Below the pieces are notes generated by a model, which was not told where the DNA came from, ran no database searches, and worked only from the letters and a program-made list of their open reading frames with translations. Below are positions 50,547 to 64,000 of a stretch of DNA of 64,000 bases, piece after piece (the first letter of the stretch is position 1; each line of letters starts with the position of its first letter). The translations under genes and the position numbers were made by a program. The DNA lies in NCBI GenBank assembly GCA_028023455.1, contig JAQFVV010000004.1:6200001-6264000 (forward strand). The letters run 5' to 3'. This DNA is from Epiperipatus broadwayi (lineage: Eukaryota; Animalia; Onychophora).

Positions 50547-52640
50547 CTATAAAAGATTGTTACAATATTTATCCTCTGTTTGTTTGTTAACAATAAATAA
50601 TTTACATTATGCCATTTTCATTATTATTACAGCTATTCATAAATGAATAAAAGCCATTCTAACCACACACACACACACACAAATCAAAATACTAGGACAA
50701 AGAATAAAAAAAATAAAGAATCAAGGTAAGAAAAGATTATCAAAATTACCTGTATATAATTAAAGAAAAAATATGTGGTTATACAATAGACAATACCATT
50801 ATCATATCTAAACAGATAACCAAAGGATTGAGAGATTCATGATATATGAAGATTATAAACAAAAATGTGATTATCAAAAACCAAACACACTCAAATAAAA
50901 TTCTTAGCAGTAACAATTGAGTAACGTAATAAAATATTTATTAACTGATTTTACATCTAAATCTTTAATAACCAACTTTCACCCCCCCACCACCACAAAA
51001 AAACAATATTTATTTATAAAATAAATAATGAGATATTAATCAGTCTTAGATCTTTCATTAAGCAAAGAAAAAACCTAAAGAGTAAAAAATAAAGTTTTAT
51101 AATTTAATGTTTCAGGAACTTTGATTCAGGGTTTACATTTTCAAATGAATAACATTATATTTATCTCCTGTACCCATATTGCAAACATTTCTAAATAAAA
51201 TATGAATTGTATTACTTAGAGAAAAAGTTTGACTCTTAAAAAGAAAAAAGGCATTTCAATGAAAGTAATTTTGCAACTGGGAATATTTTTTTCTCCAGTT
51301 TGTGTATTTGTTTTTCAATGAAAATTTTTCTATAAGAAAATCTGAAATATGATAATGAAATGCTTTAATAGAGGAATTAGAAATGATCTGTTTGCAGTTT
51401 TCATCAATTGCCATAAGCCGATTATTGACTTCTTGTAATTACCTCCTCCATACTCATGATATGATATGATGTAATAGTTTTGTATATACTATTTTCAAAT
51501 GCAAATAACAACTCTTTCTTGGATCATTAGGTGGCTTTTTCAGAAATGATATAATTTTATATAATGATTGATCCCAGATTTCATTTTAAATATTAAGTAT
51601 TTTGGATGCAGATGAATTTTTCATACTTATTGTATTAGTCATTGAAAGTTTAAAACTCGAGTTTAACAATAACTATTGGATTTTTGTGCTATTTTACATA
51701 ATACTACTAAATACATCAGGGGAAAGCAAGTTCTTCAGTAATAAGAACCATATATAATACTTTTCATACATTTTTGGATGTTTAAGAGCTGCCAGCCATC
51801 AAATGTTGGAATACTTTTTACCAAATAAAATAGATAATAAAATTCATGTTAACAACTCTTTTGACTTGTATCATTTAAAAGTTAAAGATTTAAACTTAAA
51901 AATATCTGTCTTAACTTAACTTTAAAACATTTAAGAAATAAATCTCAGGAGTTGTATGGGAATAGCTTCGAAAGTCTCATGTGACTTGTGAGCCATAATT
52001 AGATGAAACACATTTAAAGATTAAAAATAATATTTTGATATTAAGAAGTTATATTATTTACAAAAAGGAATCACCAATGATGATTTAATTTTTAGATTAA
52101 GTTGCCAAAATTAAAGTCGTTTGAATGAAATTATTCTGTAAATAGCTAGCAATGGTTTTTATTATATATTTTTACTTTTAACATAATCTTTATTGATGAA
52201 GTATATGGTTACATAATTTATTTAAAGTAATTATTTTTTTCCATAGTATTATATTATTAAAAAAATATTAATTATTATTTATCTATAGGATATTGTGATT
52301 TTTTTTTTTTTGCTTTTAATATAAAATTTATTGTTGAAGTGATAACATAGTTTGTTAGTTTAAGTATATAGTACTTATTGCACATCTATACACACACACC
52401 CTAGCTATAGCAGATTCAAAAAGAATTATAGATAAATAGTGGAGAGTTAATTACAATATGAACTGTAAATGTTAAATTTAAACGATTTTTATGTATTAGT
52501 GTTTATTTTCTATTTACTGCAGGTTTCGTTGTAATTCCATTTTTTAAATAAATAAATAAAAAAATCTTATTTGAATTGTTTTCTGAATATTATTACCATA
52601 GTTACATTTTCTAAGTTAATTTAAAAAAAAAAAAAAAAAA

Positions 52641-54750
52641 CTATGTGAAGACCCTCTATCTATGAATCTCACACATAAACCACATCAAAAGCCTCACTCT
52701 CAACCTCATCTCTAAACACAGCTAGACTCAGAGTCTGACCAACCTAGCACACTCATCAATTGCAACCAATTCTAACATAACTGTACCACCAGCCTCCTCT
52801 GGAAATGTGGACCCTCCATGGATATCATATTTAAATCTCATTAAAAGTCTTAATTAGACTCCATCTTTAACACAAAGCCAGATCCAAAGCCTGACCAAAC
52901 TAACCAATTCAACAATTGCAAACAATTTCTAACATAGCTGTATCACCACCCCCCTCTGGAATACGATCTATTCAAATGCACCAGAAAACAGGCGTAACAT
53001 AGTTAACACCATCTTATCAATTAAGAAAACAATCCCACCATGCCTCCTACTCATACCAAACTCACATCCAAGAAAAAAACTTATTACCCAAAGAAAATCT
53101 AATACCATTAAGCATCATATGATCACCATCTCTTATACTAGCACATAATTTCTTATAAACAAAGGCAAAACTCTCCATACAGTAGTGCCATCCTATGCCA
53201 ACCAGAGTAATCAATGGATGCCAGAAGGCTTGTGCATAAAATCCCTATCTAATGCCTAATCATATGACTATATAAGCTATTGAGCTTAGATTGAAAATAT
53301 TGTGTTTTCCAATTTCTTTCTCATAGTTTTATAGTTAAGTAGAGATAAAAGGTGGTTGCTGGAGGGTTGCATTAGATACTTAGATGCAGTGCTCTCAGAT
53401 CCAAAGCTCCTCACTAACGAAGGCCACAAGCCAGAAACTAGTCTGGGGATATTGGATGAATAGGTATTAAATAGGGATTTTATGCACAAGCCTTTTGGCA
53501 TCCATTGGTTACTCTGGTTGGCACAGGGTGGCACTAGTGTATGGATAGTTTTGCCTTTGTTTAAAATCTAATACCCTAAAAAGTAAAAAATAATTAACAT
53601 TGATTTAATACCAGTGTCCGCAGACCTCATAGACAATTGCCACTCTCCAATGAAAATTACTAGTCCCTCATCTATGTTACCTAGGCAACCCAAGTACATA
53701 TAAAACTAAACCTAGTTTGTGTAAATAAATACAGCAATCCAGAACATGTAAAATTCATGTAATCTTGTGTAACTTGGGGAAAATTTACCTATCATTATTT
53801 GGGAAAATTGCCCTTAGGAACTCAGTTATGTTACCTACTTTCTCGCTGGGTTTGTCCTGACTAATTTCTTTATTAAGAGGGTCGAAATCCAGTGCAGAAA
53901 ATTATGCTGGGAGGGGGGGGCACCTGTCATCAGCCTAAACCTACTCCAGAAGCAAATCAACTGAATGGCTTAGGTTTATATGGAATAAAAACATACCTTA
54001 TTCAGATTACTCATACCATATTGATGAGACTTTTTAACAAGAATCCTCAAATGCAGAATCCGATGCATATGGAAGAAGTTGTATCTACAGATCACCTCCT
54101 CCCCACTACTGGGTGACTGTGGCTTCAGAAACAGACATCTATAGTTCTGGACAGCCTTAAATCTGAAAATCCAGCAAATATGTTCAAAAATAAAATTACT
54201 TATAGAAATACATACATCCTGATGTTCCCGAATAAGATCAAAATAGATGGCCTCTTGCCAATTCGAATATTAGGGTTTTCCAGACTGACTAAACGGTTGA
54301 TATTAAGGTCAACCTCGGGGCCTTGCCAACTGCGGCTTTCTTGCATTATCAAAGAGGATATCAGATGGATCCTATTTGCACATTATGTAAAAAAGAAGAA
54401 GAATCAATGCAACACATACTTGAAAAATGTCACATATGGCCAAATTTACATAATATATTTAAATCCTTAATGAAAAATAGAGAACCTGAATGTGTTAATC
54501 TAATCAAAGCTTTCAAAAAAGGCCATTTTGGAATAATCAGAATGGCAACTTTCACAATTTTTGCATATGGATTCTCAAAAATCAAACATTATTTGAATGT
54601 GGCACAGACTATGATGCAGTAAAAGCAGTGTGCTTTTTGTTACATGAAATCAAAGAGACTCATAAATTTTTTTGTAATAAATGGCTTGTGGACCTAACCT
54701 GGTTACTAATTGATTTTAGACTACAAATTAATAAAGAGTTGCCTGAATAA
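52641..54750 (+). mobile_element. L1/Tx1-like LINE copy A (decayed, interrupted)
   Basis: LSLFGKIALRNSVMLP and GLGL thumb-region remnants (about 53790-53980), and DPICTLCKKEEESMQHILEKC zinc motif (ORF 54323-54622). Whether the A/C-rich 52641-53155 segment belongs to it is uncertain. Confidence 0.6.
53156..53563. repeat. MITE-like element with about 100-bp terminal inverted repeats
   Basis: taaacaaaggcaaaactctccatacagtagtgcc... / ...ggcactagtgtatggatagttttgcctttgttta. A solo arm lies at about 9915-10010 and a fragment at about 17800-17835. Confidence 0.85.
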
Positions 54751-55524
54751 GTATAAATGGAAATTCGCAGATAAAATTATATGACGAAGAATATTAGGAC
54801 CATATATTGGGAAAAGTGAGACAAAGCTGGAGATACCATCGATGTTAACTTAATGACTTTCACGAGTAATTAATATGAATTTTATTGCAATTTAAATATT
54901 AACAAATAAATTGTATGCATTCAGAATAATGTTACATCAATATAAAACTAACTGAATTTCTTCAGAATTTCTAAGAATTAGAAATAAAACAAAAGGCAAA
55001 CTTTTATAATAAAAAAACCCTGCAAGATCTTATGTTTTGTCCCCCCCCCCCCTTTTTTTTTTTTTAAATCTCGAGTTATAATTTATTTCAAAGCTTTTAA
55101 AATTCCCTTTAAAAAAAAGTTTTATTATTTATTTTTTGTATAAAAAATAGAAGTTTTATTATAAAATAATATATATGCGATTTTAATAATATATATATAT
55201 GCATATATACGTATGAATATGAGCTGGCAGAAAAATACCAGCTCAATTCTAACCTTTTCAATACGTTCCATGCAGCTAATTAAGACGTGCTTTTTTGTTA
55301 TCGCTAAGAACTTTGTTTTCATATTTATTTTCACTATTTTAAAATATTAATAATTTTAGTTTTTAAATTTTAATCATTAAAAGATTTAAATAAAGATATA
55401 AAATATAAATTTATTAAACAACATAATTATTTAATTGCACAAAAATAATAATTAAACGTAACTCTCGCTAGGCTCTATTCAAAAATTTGACAATCGGAAT
55501 CAAACATGGCTGAAATAGATTAGT

Positions 55525-55590
55525 GGCAGGCCGGATTAAAGGTCATAAAGGGCCGGATCTGGCCCGAGGGCCGGAGGTTGCCCATATGTG
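55525..55590 (+). mobile_element. Possible end of a non-autonomous hAT-type DNA element
   Basis: GC-rich gggccggatctggcccgagggccggaggttgccca resembles recalled hAT MITE termini. The partner end was not identified. Confidence 0.3.
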
Positions 55591-55779
55591 CTTTAGATAC
55601 ATGATACAGAATTTTCAAAAAATGAAGGAGCCATTTGGTAAAGTAATAGCATTTCAATCAATATACTTCAAAGATATATAACAATATATAACAATAGTTA
55701 TGACTTTAAGTTGAAATTACAGAAAGACATTTATCCAGAATTCATATCAACACAGATTGCAGATCAGGAGGCTATGCTA

Positions 55780-58700
55780 AGTCTATATATAAAGCTTAAA
55801 ACTACAATGCTAGGCTTGTAGGAAGTGTGGCTACCTGGCTACACATTGCATTAACACCCAAGCCATACAAGTTCAGCCAGCAAACAACACAACCAATGCC
55901 AATAAGAAGATGGCAACAAGCCACAGATCACCACTAGCAACTCAACTAATCAACATGAAAACAAAGACAATCCCTGTGCAAATGAAGCTTCTGAACACAG
56001 TCATGCAGAAGAAAACACAAACATATTTGACTCTACAATACGTAACTTGAATAATACAAATGAAAGTGCTGATCAAATGGCTCAAAATCAAACACACATC
56101 TTACCTGATATATCACAAACACTAGTCATATCAATCAATAATACAACAGCCTCAAATCTGAATATATCCAATGGCATACATAAATGCATCAAAACAAGCA
56201 TGTCACATGTTATCATAAACAAAATGTCTGGAAACATAATGGAGTCACTTAACTACAAGCCTACCTCCCATAGAAATCAAAAGATGACCTCATCACCTGA
56301 AGAAAAATAAACAATCTAAAAGAGCCAAAACAGATGGGAAGCTTCACAGATATTACAGCATCACCATGTGAAACAATCTGCAGCCGATCACAACTAATGA
56401 AGTTAAAAATAACAGCATTCAATCACAAAAATACATCAGAGAAACAATGGATAAAGATCATACAACCTCATATCCTAGAATTTCTTGAAACTAAAATCTA
56501 TAGTGGCTCATTGATTGATCCCTCAGCACAACTAACTAGAAAAAGTTAGTGTGCTTGCTCTAGAGACACACCATCCCCCTCAGGAAGCACTGGATTGCTT
56601 ATAACACTAGATTGTCCATTTCAGTCATTCAAAATCATATATATATAGATGTAAACTGACTAATAGTAACTGTTCATCACATTAAACATCATATTTGTAT
56701 ATATCCCACCTGATTCTGCAATTACATCAAACATTATACTAAACCTAAACATCCAACAATACTAATAGGTGATTTCAATATGAAATATCAAGACTTTATA
56801 TCAAAGTGGCTATATAAAATATCGATATCACTTATGAGTGCAGAGGGTTTTCTTCCAAGTGATAGAATTACATTTCACAATGGTCATCATACATCAGGGA
56901 TTGAGCTATGTTTCTACTTACCTATGTTATACTATCTAATCAGCCTAAACACCAATCCTACTCATTTCTCTGATCACAATGCACAAACCATGCTGATTAA
57001 CCTGGCAGAAATTCAGACAGCTGCACTTACACATGAGAAAACAATTAGAATTCTGCATCCAACTGCCACCTTAGAATTTATTTTATCAAAGACATATATA
57101 ATGCTTCAGAAAATCTAAAATATGCAACTTACCCCCATCCAAAGACATCTAGCATTTAAAATAGATCATATTACATGCCCCCAGACTACTAGTTTTACTG
57201 AAATAATTTCAGACATATTATAATGTTGAACCCAACACACACCAATTAACAATATATAATAAGCAAGCTTACTCAATACAGCAATATCTGTAAAAATCTT
57301 AAGAAGTACTTTGCAATATAAAAAAGTAAAATCTGTCTCAGCCAACAACATACATGGACAAGGAAATACATTCGCTGTGCCCTGGACTACCTATCCACCT
57401 GGCACTCACAGCTGAGCGAGTTACATATGCAGGCAATAATGTGCTAAAATCACAAACACTCCATTTAACATCACAGAATTTGCTACTAAACTGGCCACAA
57501 GATCTAATACATGCCACCCAGTAGCATATGGCATCCCAAAATTTGCCTTTGCACATCTCAGTCAGTTCATAACACAATACCTGTGCAATCATCTATCACA
57601 GAAGCTACATAACATCCAGGGTTTATATTCAACTGCAATAGTTCCCTTTAACTAAAAAACAACCCCCCATATCAACCATCTCTAACCTCCGTCCCATCTC
57701 AATGGGCCACTTGCCATCAAAATAATTGAAAAAGTTCTCAAGAATGGTCTAGAGATATACATTCTACCACTAATCTCACATAGCCAGTTTGCAAGGAAGC
57801 AATCATCTACTGTATAAGCTGTGATGATCTTCAAGTCTTAAATTCAATATAGGACCGTAAAAGATATGAACCAATTGCAGTTCAATTTGAGATAGAAGCA
57901 GCTTTTGACTCAATCAACATTACTACACTAATTAAAATGTTGGATGACACTGCAATTCCATGCACTCACTAAACCTAATACTCAGCCATGAAATCCTTAT
58001 AATGCTCAATGGCAAAAATTCTCCATCATTCATTGCCACATAATCCATATCCCAAGATTTATCACTCAGCTCACTACTATTTTAATTTTTACAACCAGCT
58101 CATATTTAAAATCCACAGAATATCAAAGGAATTCAAATATCAGGCCCATCACAATATATAGTCTGCATTGCAAACATGGATGACATTACAGTATTCCTTC
58201 CTTCTAGAAGGGAGATCACAACACCACAGAAAATACTTCAAGATTTAGAATCACACATCATCTTAAGTTTAACCAGAATAAAACTGCTGCCTGATTGCTC
58301 CAAACCAGTAAGCCTTGCACACAAATTTTCCAAGGCAAACTGGCTTCTTCTCTCGGCTTTCCTTTCTATATGGGAACAAGCACAATAAAACACAAAAACA
58401 AGTTAAAAGACAAAGCATAGCATATGACTACTTCTTTATCAAAAGCATCTCTCAATATATGCTAAAATACAATTGTTAACCAGCTAGTCTCCACCAAAAT
58501 AATTGACTATTCTCCTATAATTCAATTCTCTAAGGCTTTCACATCAAAAATCTCTTCATGTTGTAATAAATTTCTATGGAATAGAAAGATAGTGTCAATA
58601 TCTGCAAAATGCCTTAGTCACTCATCACTATACAATGGTTTGGGGCTACACAACATATATATATATTTCAAATACAGAAGACTGCAAACCTTATAATAGC

Positions 58701-59560
58701 CACCCTTAGACATATGCCACAACTACAATGTCTAATCCAGATAATACCTACAGACAAACCTCTACCTTCACACTACTACCTATCATCAGTTATTAATCAG
58801 TTTAGAAACACATATACTCAAATATAACTGCAAACAATAACAAAATATTCATATTGGTAGATCTATGCTCTGGTATACCCAGGACACACATGACATTTCC
58901 ATCCAGATTCTCAGAATCAACAATCAATAGCTGCTTAAAAACTTCCAAAAATTATCTATGGAACCAAAATTTTTTACTTTCCTCCTTAGATTAAATCTAT
59001 ATGCCTTACCAACATCACACTTCCTAAGATACAGATGCCTGTATACCAAAATAGACCCCTTCTGCACACTATGCCACCGAGCAGAAGAAACTCTGCAACA
59101 TCTATTTTACAACTGTTCGGTTATAAACAACATTCGATATGAAGTAACTAACATATACAGATGACCAAACATCTCATTGCAAGATATTATCAGTGCATAC
59201 CACAAAACATCCATCCTACAGTTTGTGCAGCAATTTTCATGCACTATGTATTCTGGCACACAATGCACATTTGCTTTTGGCAATAATACAAGGCAACAAA
59301 CCCAGATATTTTCGCAGTCACTTATAAGACAATGATCAAATCTCTAATCATTAATGTTTTATCATTTTTGAAATCAAGCACTTAAAAATGGTTCACAAAA
59401 TCCACACCAACACAAAGGCTGAACAAAACTCTCAAACAGAGGTTCAACGTAACTAATCAAGATTGCAATCCAGAAACTTACAAATGTCAGTATTACTATA
59501 TTCAAAAGAATGCAAAAAAATATACATCATGAAGATCAATAACTGATATATGATAATAAA
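55780..59560 (+). mobile_element. L1/Tx1-like LINE copy B, near full-length ORF2, decayed
   Basis: Endonuclease ILIGDFN (about 56760-56779) and FSDH. RT LRPISMG, AAFDSI and NMDDITVF (58176). Zinc motif CTLCHRAEETLQHLFYNC (ORF 58958-59164). Confidence 0.85.
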
Positions 59561-59910
59561 ACGTATACAATGCAAATGCCACCTCACAAAACCAATATTT
59601 GAAGCTTATCACATTGTTATAAAGCATATATGAAAATAGTACAAAGTAAGATAACTTTGAGAAACAATTTAAAGCAAATCAATGGATTAACAATCCTAAC
59701 AAAAGTCATGTACATTTTGTAATATAAGCTAACACAGATAATCCATTGCTCATCCACTTTATATCTGTAAAGACTCATAAAGTATTTAGTTAGACACAAT
59801 ATTAGACACAATATACATAATCCTCATGAACACTAATGTAAGCACATGTACACAGAAAGTATTAATGCAACCTTGTTCTTTTAGTCTGAATAAAGTTATT
59901 TTTTTGAAAC

Positions 59911-59963
59911 ACCATCATTATCATCATCATAATAATAGCAACAGCAACAACAACAATAATAAT
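59911..59963 (+). repeat. Compound (CAT)n(AAT)n(AAC)n microsatellite
   Basis: accatcattatcatcatcataataatagcaacagcaacaacaacaataataatt lies immediately 5' of LINE copy C. Confidence 0.85.
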
Positions 59964-61467
59964 TGCAAGCTAGACATACAAACAGCTTTTGATTCCATCA
60001 CAATTACTTATTCAAATGCTCACTAACACCTACATCCTGCCTAATCTATTATACTTAATCACTAACCCACTGCTGACTCTTAATGATAGAAATTCTCCAT
60101 CCTTCAATCCCATGCAGTCAATCTCACAAGCATCGCTCCTAAGCTCACTACTTTTTACACTCTATTATAAATCTGCTACTGGAATCCAAATTTTACACAC
60201 CCTGCATTACATTCCCTGTACAGCCTACATGGATGACATTACTGTCTTCCTGCCTTCAACAACTCCCCATATTTACAAACTATTCTTAATGACTACATAG
60301 CAGCATACAAACTGCACTTTAATCCCCTAAAAAACTGCCACATGAACTCTATTCACAAAGAAATTGTGTTCCCAAATTTTCCAAGGAAAACCCATGCCAT
60401 TTTTAGAATTTCCCTTTTACAAAGGCTCCCTGGGTACAAGACTCACAAAACAACTCACTGTAATGCATATTACCAACTCACTTTCCAAGATGTATCTATC
60501 AATTTACTCCAAGATAACCTGTCCAATATTCTTGCTATGACAAAAATCACATACTATGCATCTATTATCAAATTTCCAATGTGCAATAAATTTCTCTGGG
60601 GTCACAAGACTGGTCTTAGCCTGCATGGCATTCAGGATATTCTATATATAAAAAGACATTAACTTAATATCAGCTATTCTCCTTCAACACCATCTCACTG
60701 ATCTTATTCACCACCAACAAGATCAGCCTCTCCCACAATTCCAAGTACTTACTACAAACATATAACCTGCTCTATCTATGATTCTAGCAATGATTATCTC
60801 CTCCCATGCTTGGAATAAACAACCATCACCATCTCTGACAATTTAAAAAATGGGTGCTGGAACCCAAGTTTTTTGACTTCCTAATTAGAAGCAACCTGCA
60901 CACACTTCCAACATTCTTTTTCCTGCGGTATTGTCATCTCTACAAAAATATTGACCCATTCTGTGGGCTATTCCACAAAGCCGAGAAGACTCAACAACAT
61001 CTCAATAACTGCCAAGCACTAAACTCCACATGTCAAATTATAATAAACCATACCAGAAGTCTGCTACTTCAATCCACCACCTAACTCAGTTCTTCCAAAG
61101 ATTAAACATTCCTGCAGCATGTGCAGGCACATTTGCCCTGTTTGCTTTCTGATTTGTTAGGCAACACCAGAAGGCATCCATCCACCTTAATCAATAAATT
61201 ACATCATCTAAAATCAAGGGATAACAACATAGCCCACCCAGACTTTTTTGCGATGAACTGATCACTCTTTAGAGAGCAGTCCAACTTATAAATGGCCACA
61301 AGCATAGTAGGCATTACTAACAACCTTTATGGCATTTCATCTGCTTCATAATACAACTAGCTACAAGAAAAACTATGTTCTAAGCACTCATTACAATATT
61401 TCAATACTACAGAAGGCTATCTAACCGGATCAGTCAAGTTCAAGGCAAATGAACTTTAATTCAAAGA
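59961..61467 (+). mobile_element. L1/Tx1-like LINE copy C, 5'-truncated, same family as copy B
   Basis: LDIQTAFDSI, AYMDDITVFLP and LEPKFFDFLIRSNLHTLPT..DPFCGLFHKAEKTQQHL are colinear with copy B. Confidence 0.85.
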
Positions 61468-61780
61468 ATGCAATTTACACTGAAATGGTGTTTTTCCATT
61501 TTCCCAGACTACAGTTCATACTGACAGGTGTTTTTCCATTTTATCAAGATGCAATTCATGCTGGTTACTGTTTTTCCATTTTCTCAAAATATATTCCATG
61601 CTGAACTAGTATTTTTCAATTTTCCCAGGATGCAATTTATGCTGACTAGTATTTATCTGTTTTGCCAAGATGCAATTCATGCATACTAGTGTGTTTTCAC
61701 TTTCCTAGGATGCAATTCATGCTGAACTGTCATTTTTCCATTTTCCCAAAATGCAATTCATGCTGACTAGTATTTTTCTC
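61468..61780. repeat. Minisatellite, unit about 40 bp, about 8 copies
   Basis: Consensus atgcaattcatgctgactagtatttttccattttcccaag, in contiguous diverged units. Confidence 0.88.
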
Positions 61781-62289
61781 TTTTTTTTTCACATGACATT
61801 TATGTACAAGAAAAGAAACTTTAGAACTTTACTAATGATATTCCTTTAATAATGTTTTTCAATACAGAGTAAACTGAAATACAGGGCTGTTTATTTAGTA
61901 ATATTGTAGATGTACAATCATATACATACTTCCTTTGGGTAGTTTTTTAGAATAAATACAGAGTTAGATATATAAATACAGAATAAGAGTAGGACCAAAT
62001 AATATCTACCCCTTAGACTATAGAGCTAAATTTGAATATATTCTTGTAAAGTGTAAATCATAAACATAAGAATATATATTTATATACAGTATTTTTTAAA
62101 TTTAAATCTATACTCATTAGAGCATGCATATAAATATCGGAGCTCTTAATGTCAGAGGATGAATTCTGAACAGAAAATCTATCAATTAATTAAATGGTGT
62201 GTAGTCCAGCCACATATAATTAGCTTGTCAAAGACAAAAATATATGCAACTACCTTCGAATTATCTACACAATCAAGGATTCAGATATA

Positions 62290-64000
62290 GATATTATAAT
62301 ATCTAACGCTTGTCCATTCAGATCATTTAATATTCTATACCTTGATGCTTACATATTAATTATTCATTCCTTCCTTAATATTCTAAACCTTGATGCTCAC
62401 ATATTAATTTATCTCATTCCATCATAAAACTTTTGTTTTAAATATTATATTTGCATATACAGCTCCATGGTTAACAGTAATAAATAGATTCATATTAACA
62501 GTTAATTCAATCCTAGATTCCTCTCCCTATCCATATTTGCTACTGGGTAATTTTAACATTTTCTACAATAAATTTGTATCTAAGTGGCTATACAAGTTTG
62601 CTTTCCTCCTTATGAGTGGATAAGGATTTCTACCAAATGATTCTGTATCATTTTACAATGATAGACACTCTTCACTAATAGATCTAGTATTCTACTCACC
62701 GATATTGCATCATCTAATTGGGCTATCTCTAAAAAATTCAACCCTATCTGACCATTTAGCATTGTTTGTAATCCTAGATCTAGATCTTATGTATAGAAAA
62801 GTACTGTCAGATGCAAAGAGAATAAGGGTATTACTTCCTAGCAGGACTAATAAATTTTTATTTTCACAAAATGAAGTTAGACCCTGCACAAATCTGGTTA
62901 GCGTTTGTAAATGTTCTTTCTTTTAATATTGATCACTTAATCCCGAACATTCACATCTCCTACTAAATTATTAGCACTTGTAGATGACATTCATAAAAAA
63001 AATTATTCATTACCAAGCCACTGAAAACAACTGGAGTAAAGTAGCTGTCCTAAAAAACTTATACACCAATACCTGACAAACTCTGAAAAAATACATACTA
63101 ATTTAAAAAAAAGGGAGGTTTTTTTCTGGGTCATACAATGTCATTCTTTAGACATTTTATCCATTGGGCATTAGGTTATCCCCCCCCCCCCCAATACCTA
63201 CAGCTAATAGAATCGATAATGAATTAATTGCTGGAGATAGCATGCTAACTCCATTATATGAGTTTTTTAAAAACAGTTTGAAAAACAATAAAATGTTCTG
63301 TCCTACCACTTCATTTCTGGGAAACACAGAGAAAGATAATAGATGAACTTTAGCAATTAAGTCCCAGACACCTGTCCCCCAGGTATTCATGGAATTCCAA
63401 AATTTATCTATGAACACCTAAGCTTTTTTACTACAACTTACAAATCTAGCTAATTTATTATCCAGACAAATCCATCATATACCTGGATTTTACCCAATAA
63501 TACTTGTGCTTTTTCTTAAGAAATCTGAAGATATAACTACAGTTAAAAATATATGTGTCCTAAATCCATGAGTCCACTTGGCATCAAGATTCTTGAATCA
63601 GTGATCAAGGATAAACTTGAACCCTTTATCTTACCAACAATAGCCAAAATGCAATTTTCAAAAAGAGGTGCATCTATTGGTTTAGCTGCAATTATTTTTA
63701 AGACTGTTGTGGAGATTATTAGAAAAGAAAAAAAATATAGTCCTATTACCATTCGATTGGATATATAAAAAAAGAACACAATTCAATTTCAATAGATCAA
63801 CTCATAAACCTCTTTACAATCTTGTCAGTCCTCAAATCATTAATGTATTCACCCATATATTAATAAATAGTGAAATTAATGTGCCAATGAAACCATATTG
63901 CTTTATCCTTCAAGGTTCCCCTCTTAGAGCCTTACTGTTTATAGTGTACATAAATCTCCTCCTTAAAATGATTGACGAATGGATACTGGTATTTTTGTAC
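62290..64000 (+). mobile_element. L1/Tx1-like LINE copy D (endonuclease into RT), running off the window end
   Basis: LLLGNFNIFYNKFVSKWLYKFAFLLMS..GFLPNDSVSFYN..LIDLVFY..LSDHLAL aligns with the copy B endonuclease. RT start KILESVIKDKL in ORF 63553-63768. Confidence 0.8.

Noticed and set aside
61468-61780. CRISPR-like array
   Set aside because: The units are contiguous and diverged with no unique spacers, there are no cas genes, and the context is eukaryotic. It is a minisatellite.
1-64000. Orientation bias of retroelements relative to PLCE1, or a bacterial/horizontally transferred island
   Set aside because: Elements occur on both strands in too small a number to show bias, and there is no gene-dense, intron-free or compositionally distinct segment.
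50547-64000. Further upstream PLCE1 exons (RA1, C2)
   Set aside because: Candidates near 51443, 59765 and 62185 gave stops or peptides without PLC-epsilon similarity. The next exon probably lies beyond the window, though I may have missed one.

Overview
This is very AT-rich, intron-containing animal genomic DNA; an arthropod-like invertebrate origin is my inference. It is not prokaryotic, and I found no operons, rRNA or CRISPR arrays. The backbone is the 3' end of a phospholipase C epsilon (PLCE1-like) gene on the minus strand. Short exons at 50490-50546, 41463-41618 and 31380-31601 splice in phase to give the second Ras-association (RA2) domain. These are followed by a problematic exon with an in-frame TGA (29101-29238), candidate microexons (5992-6007, 5617-5641) and a terminal coding exon (3769-3959). 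A small convergent plus-strand gene fragment (about 1499-2196) may encode a GST-like fold. The long introns are filled with decayed mobile DNA: a two-LTR Gypsy element with nested insertions, a second Gypsy pol remnant, several RTE-type and other LINE fragments, a cluster of four same-orientation L1/Tx1-like LINE copies (52.6-64 kb), tRNA-Gly-derived short repeats and at least eight long fold-back (palindromic) elements. The most striking observation is a tRNA-headed (Pol III A/B box) short element carrying a minimal hammerhead ribozyme motif, present in two copies, plus a third Penelope-type hammerhead motif. The stop/frame puzzle in the PLCE1 tail and the fold-back family with filled and empty sites in the window also merit follow-up. 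All translations and alignments were done by eye with no database searches; family assignments rest on recalled motifs, and repeat boundaries are approximate.
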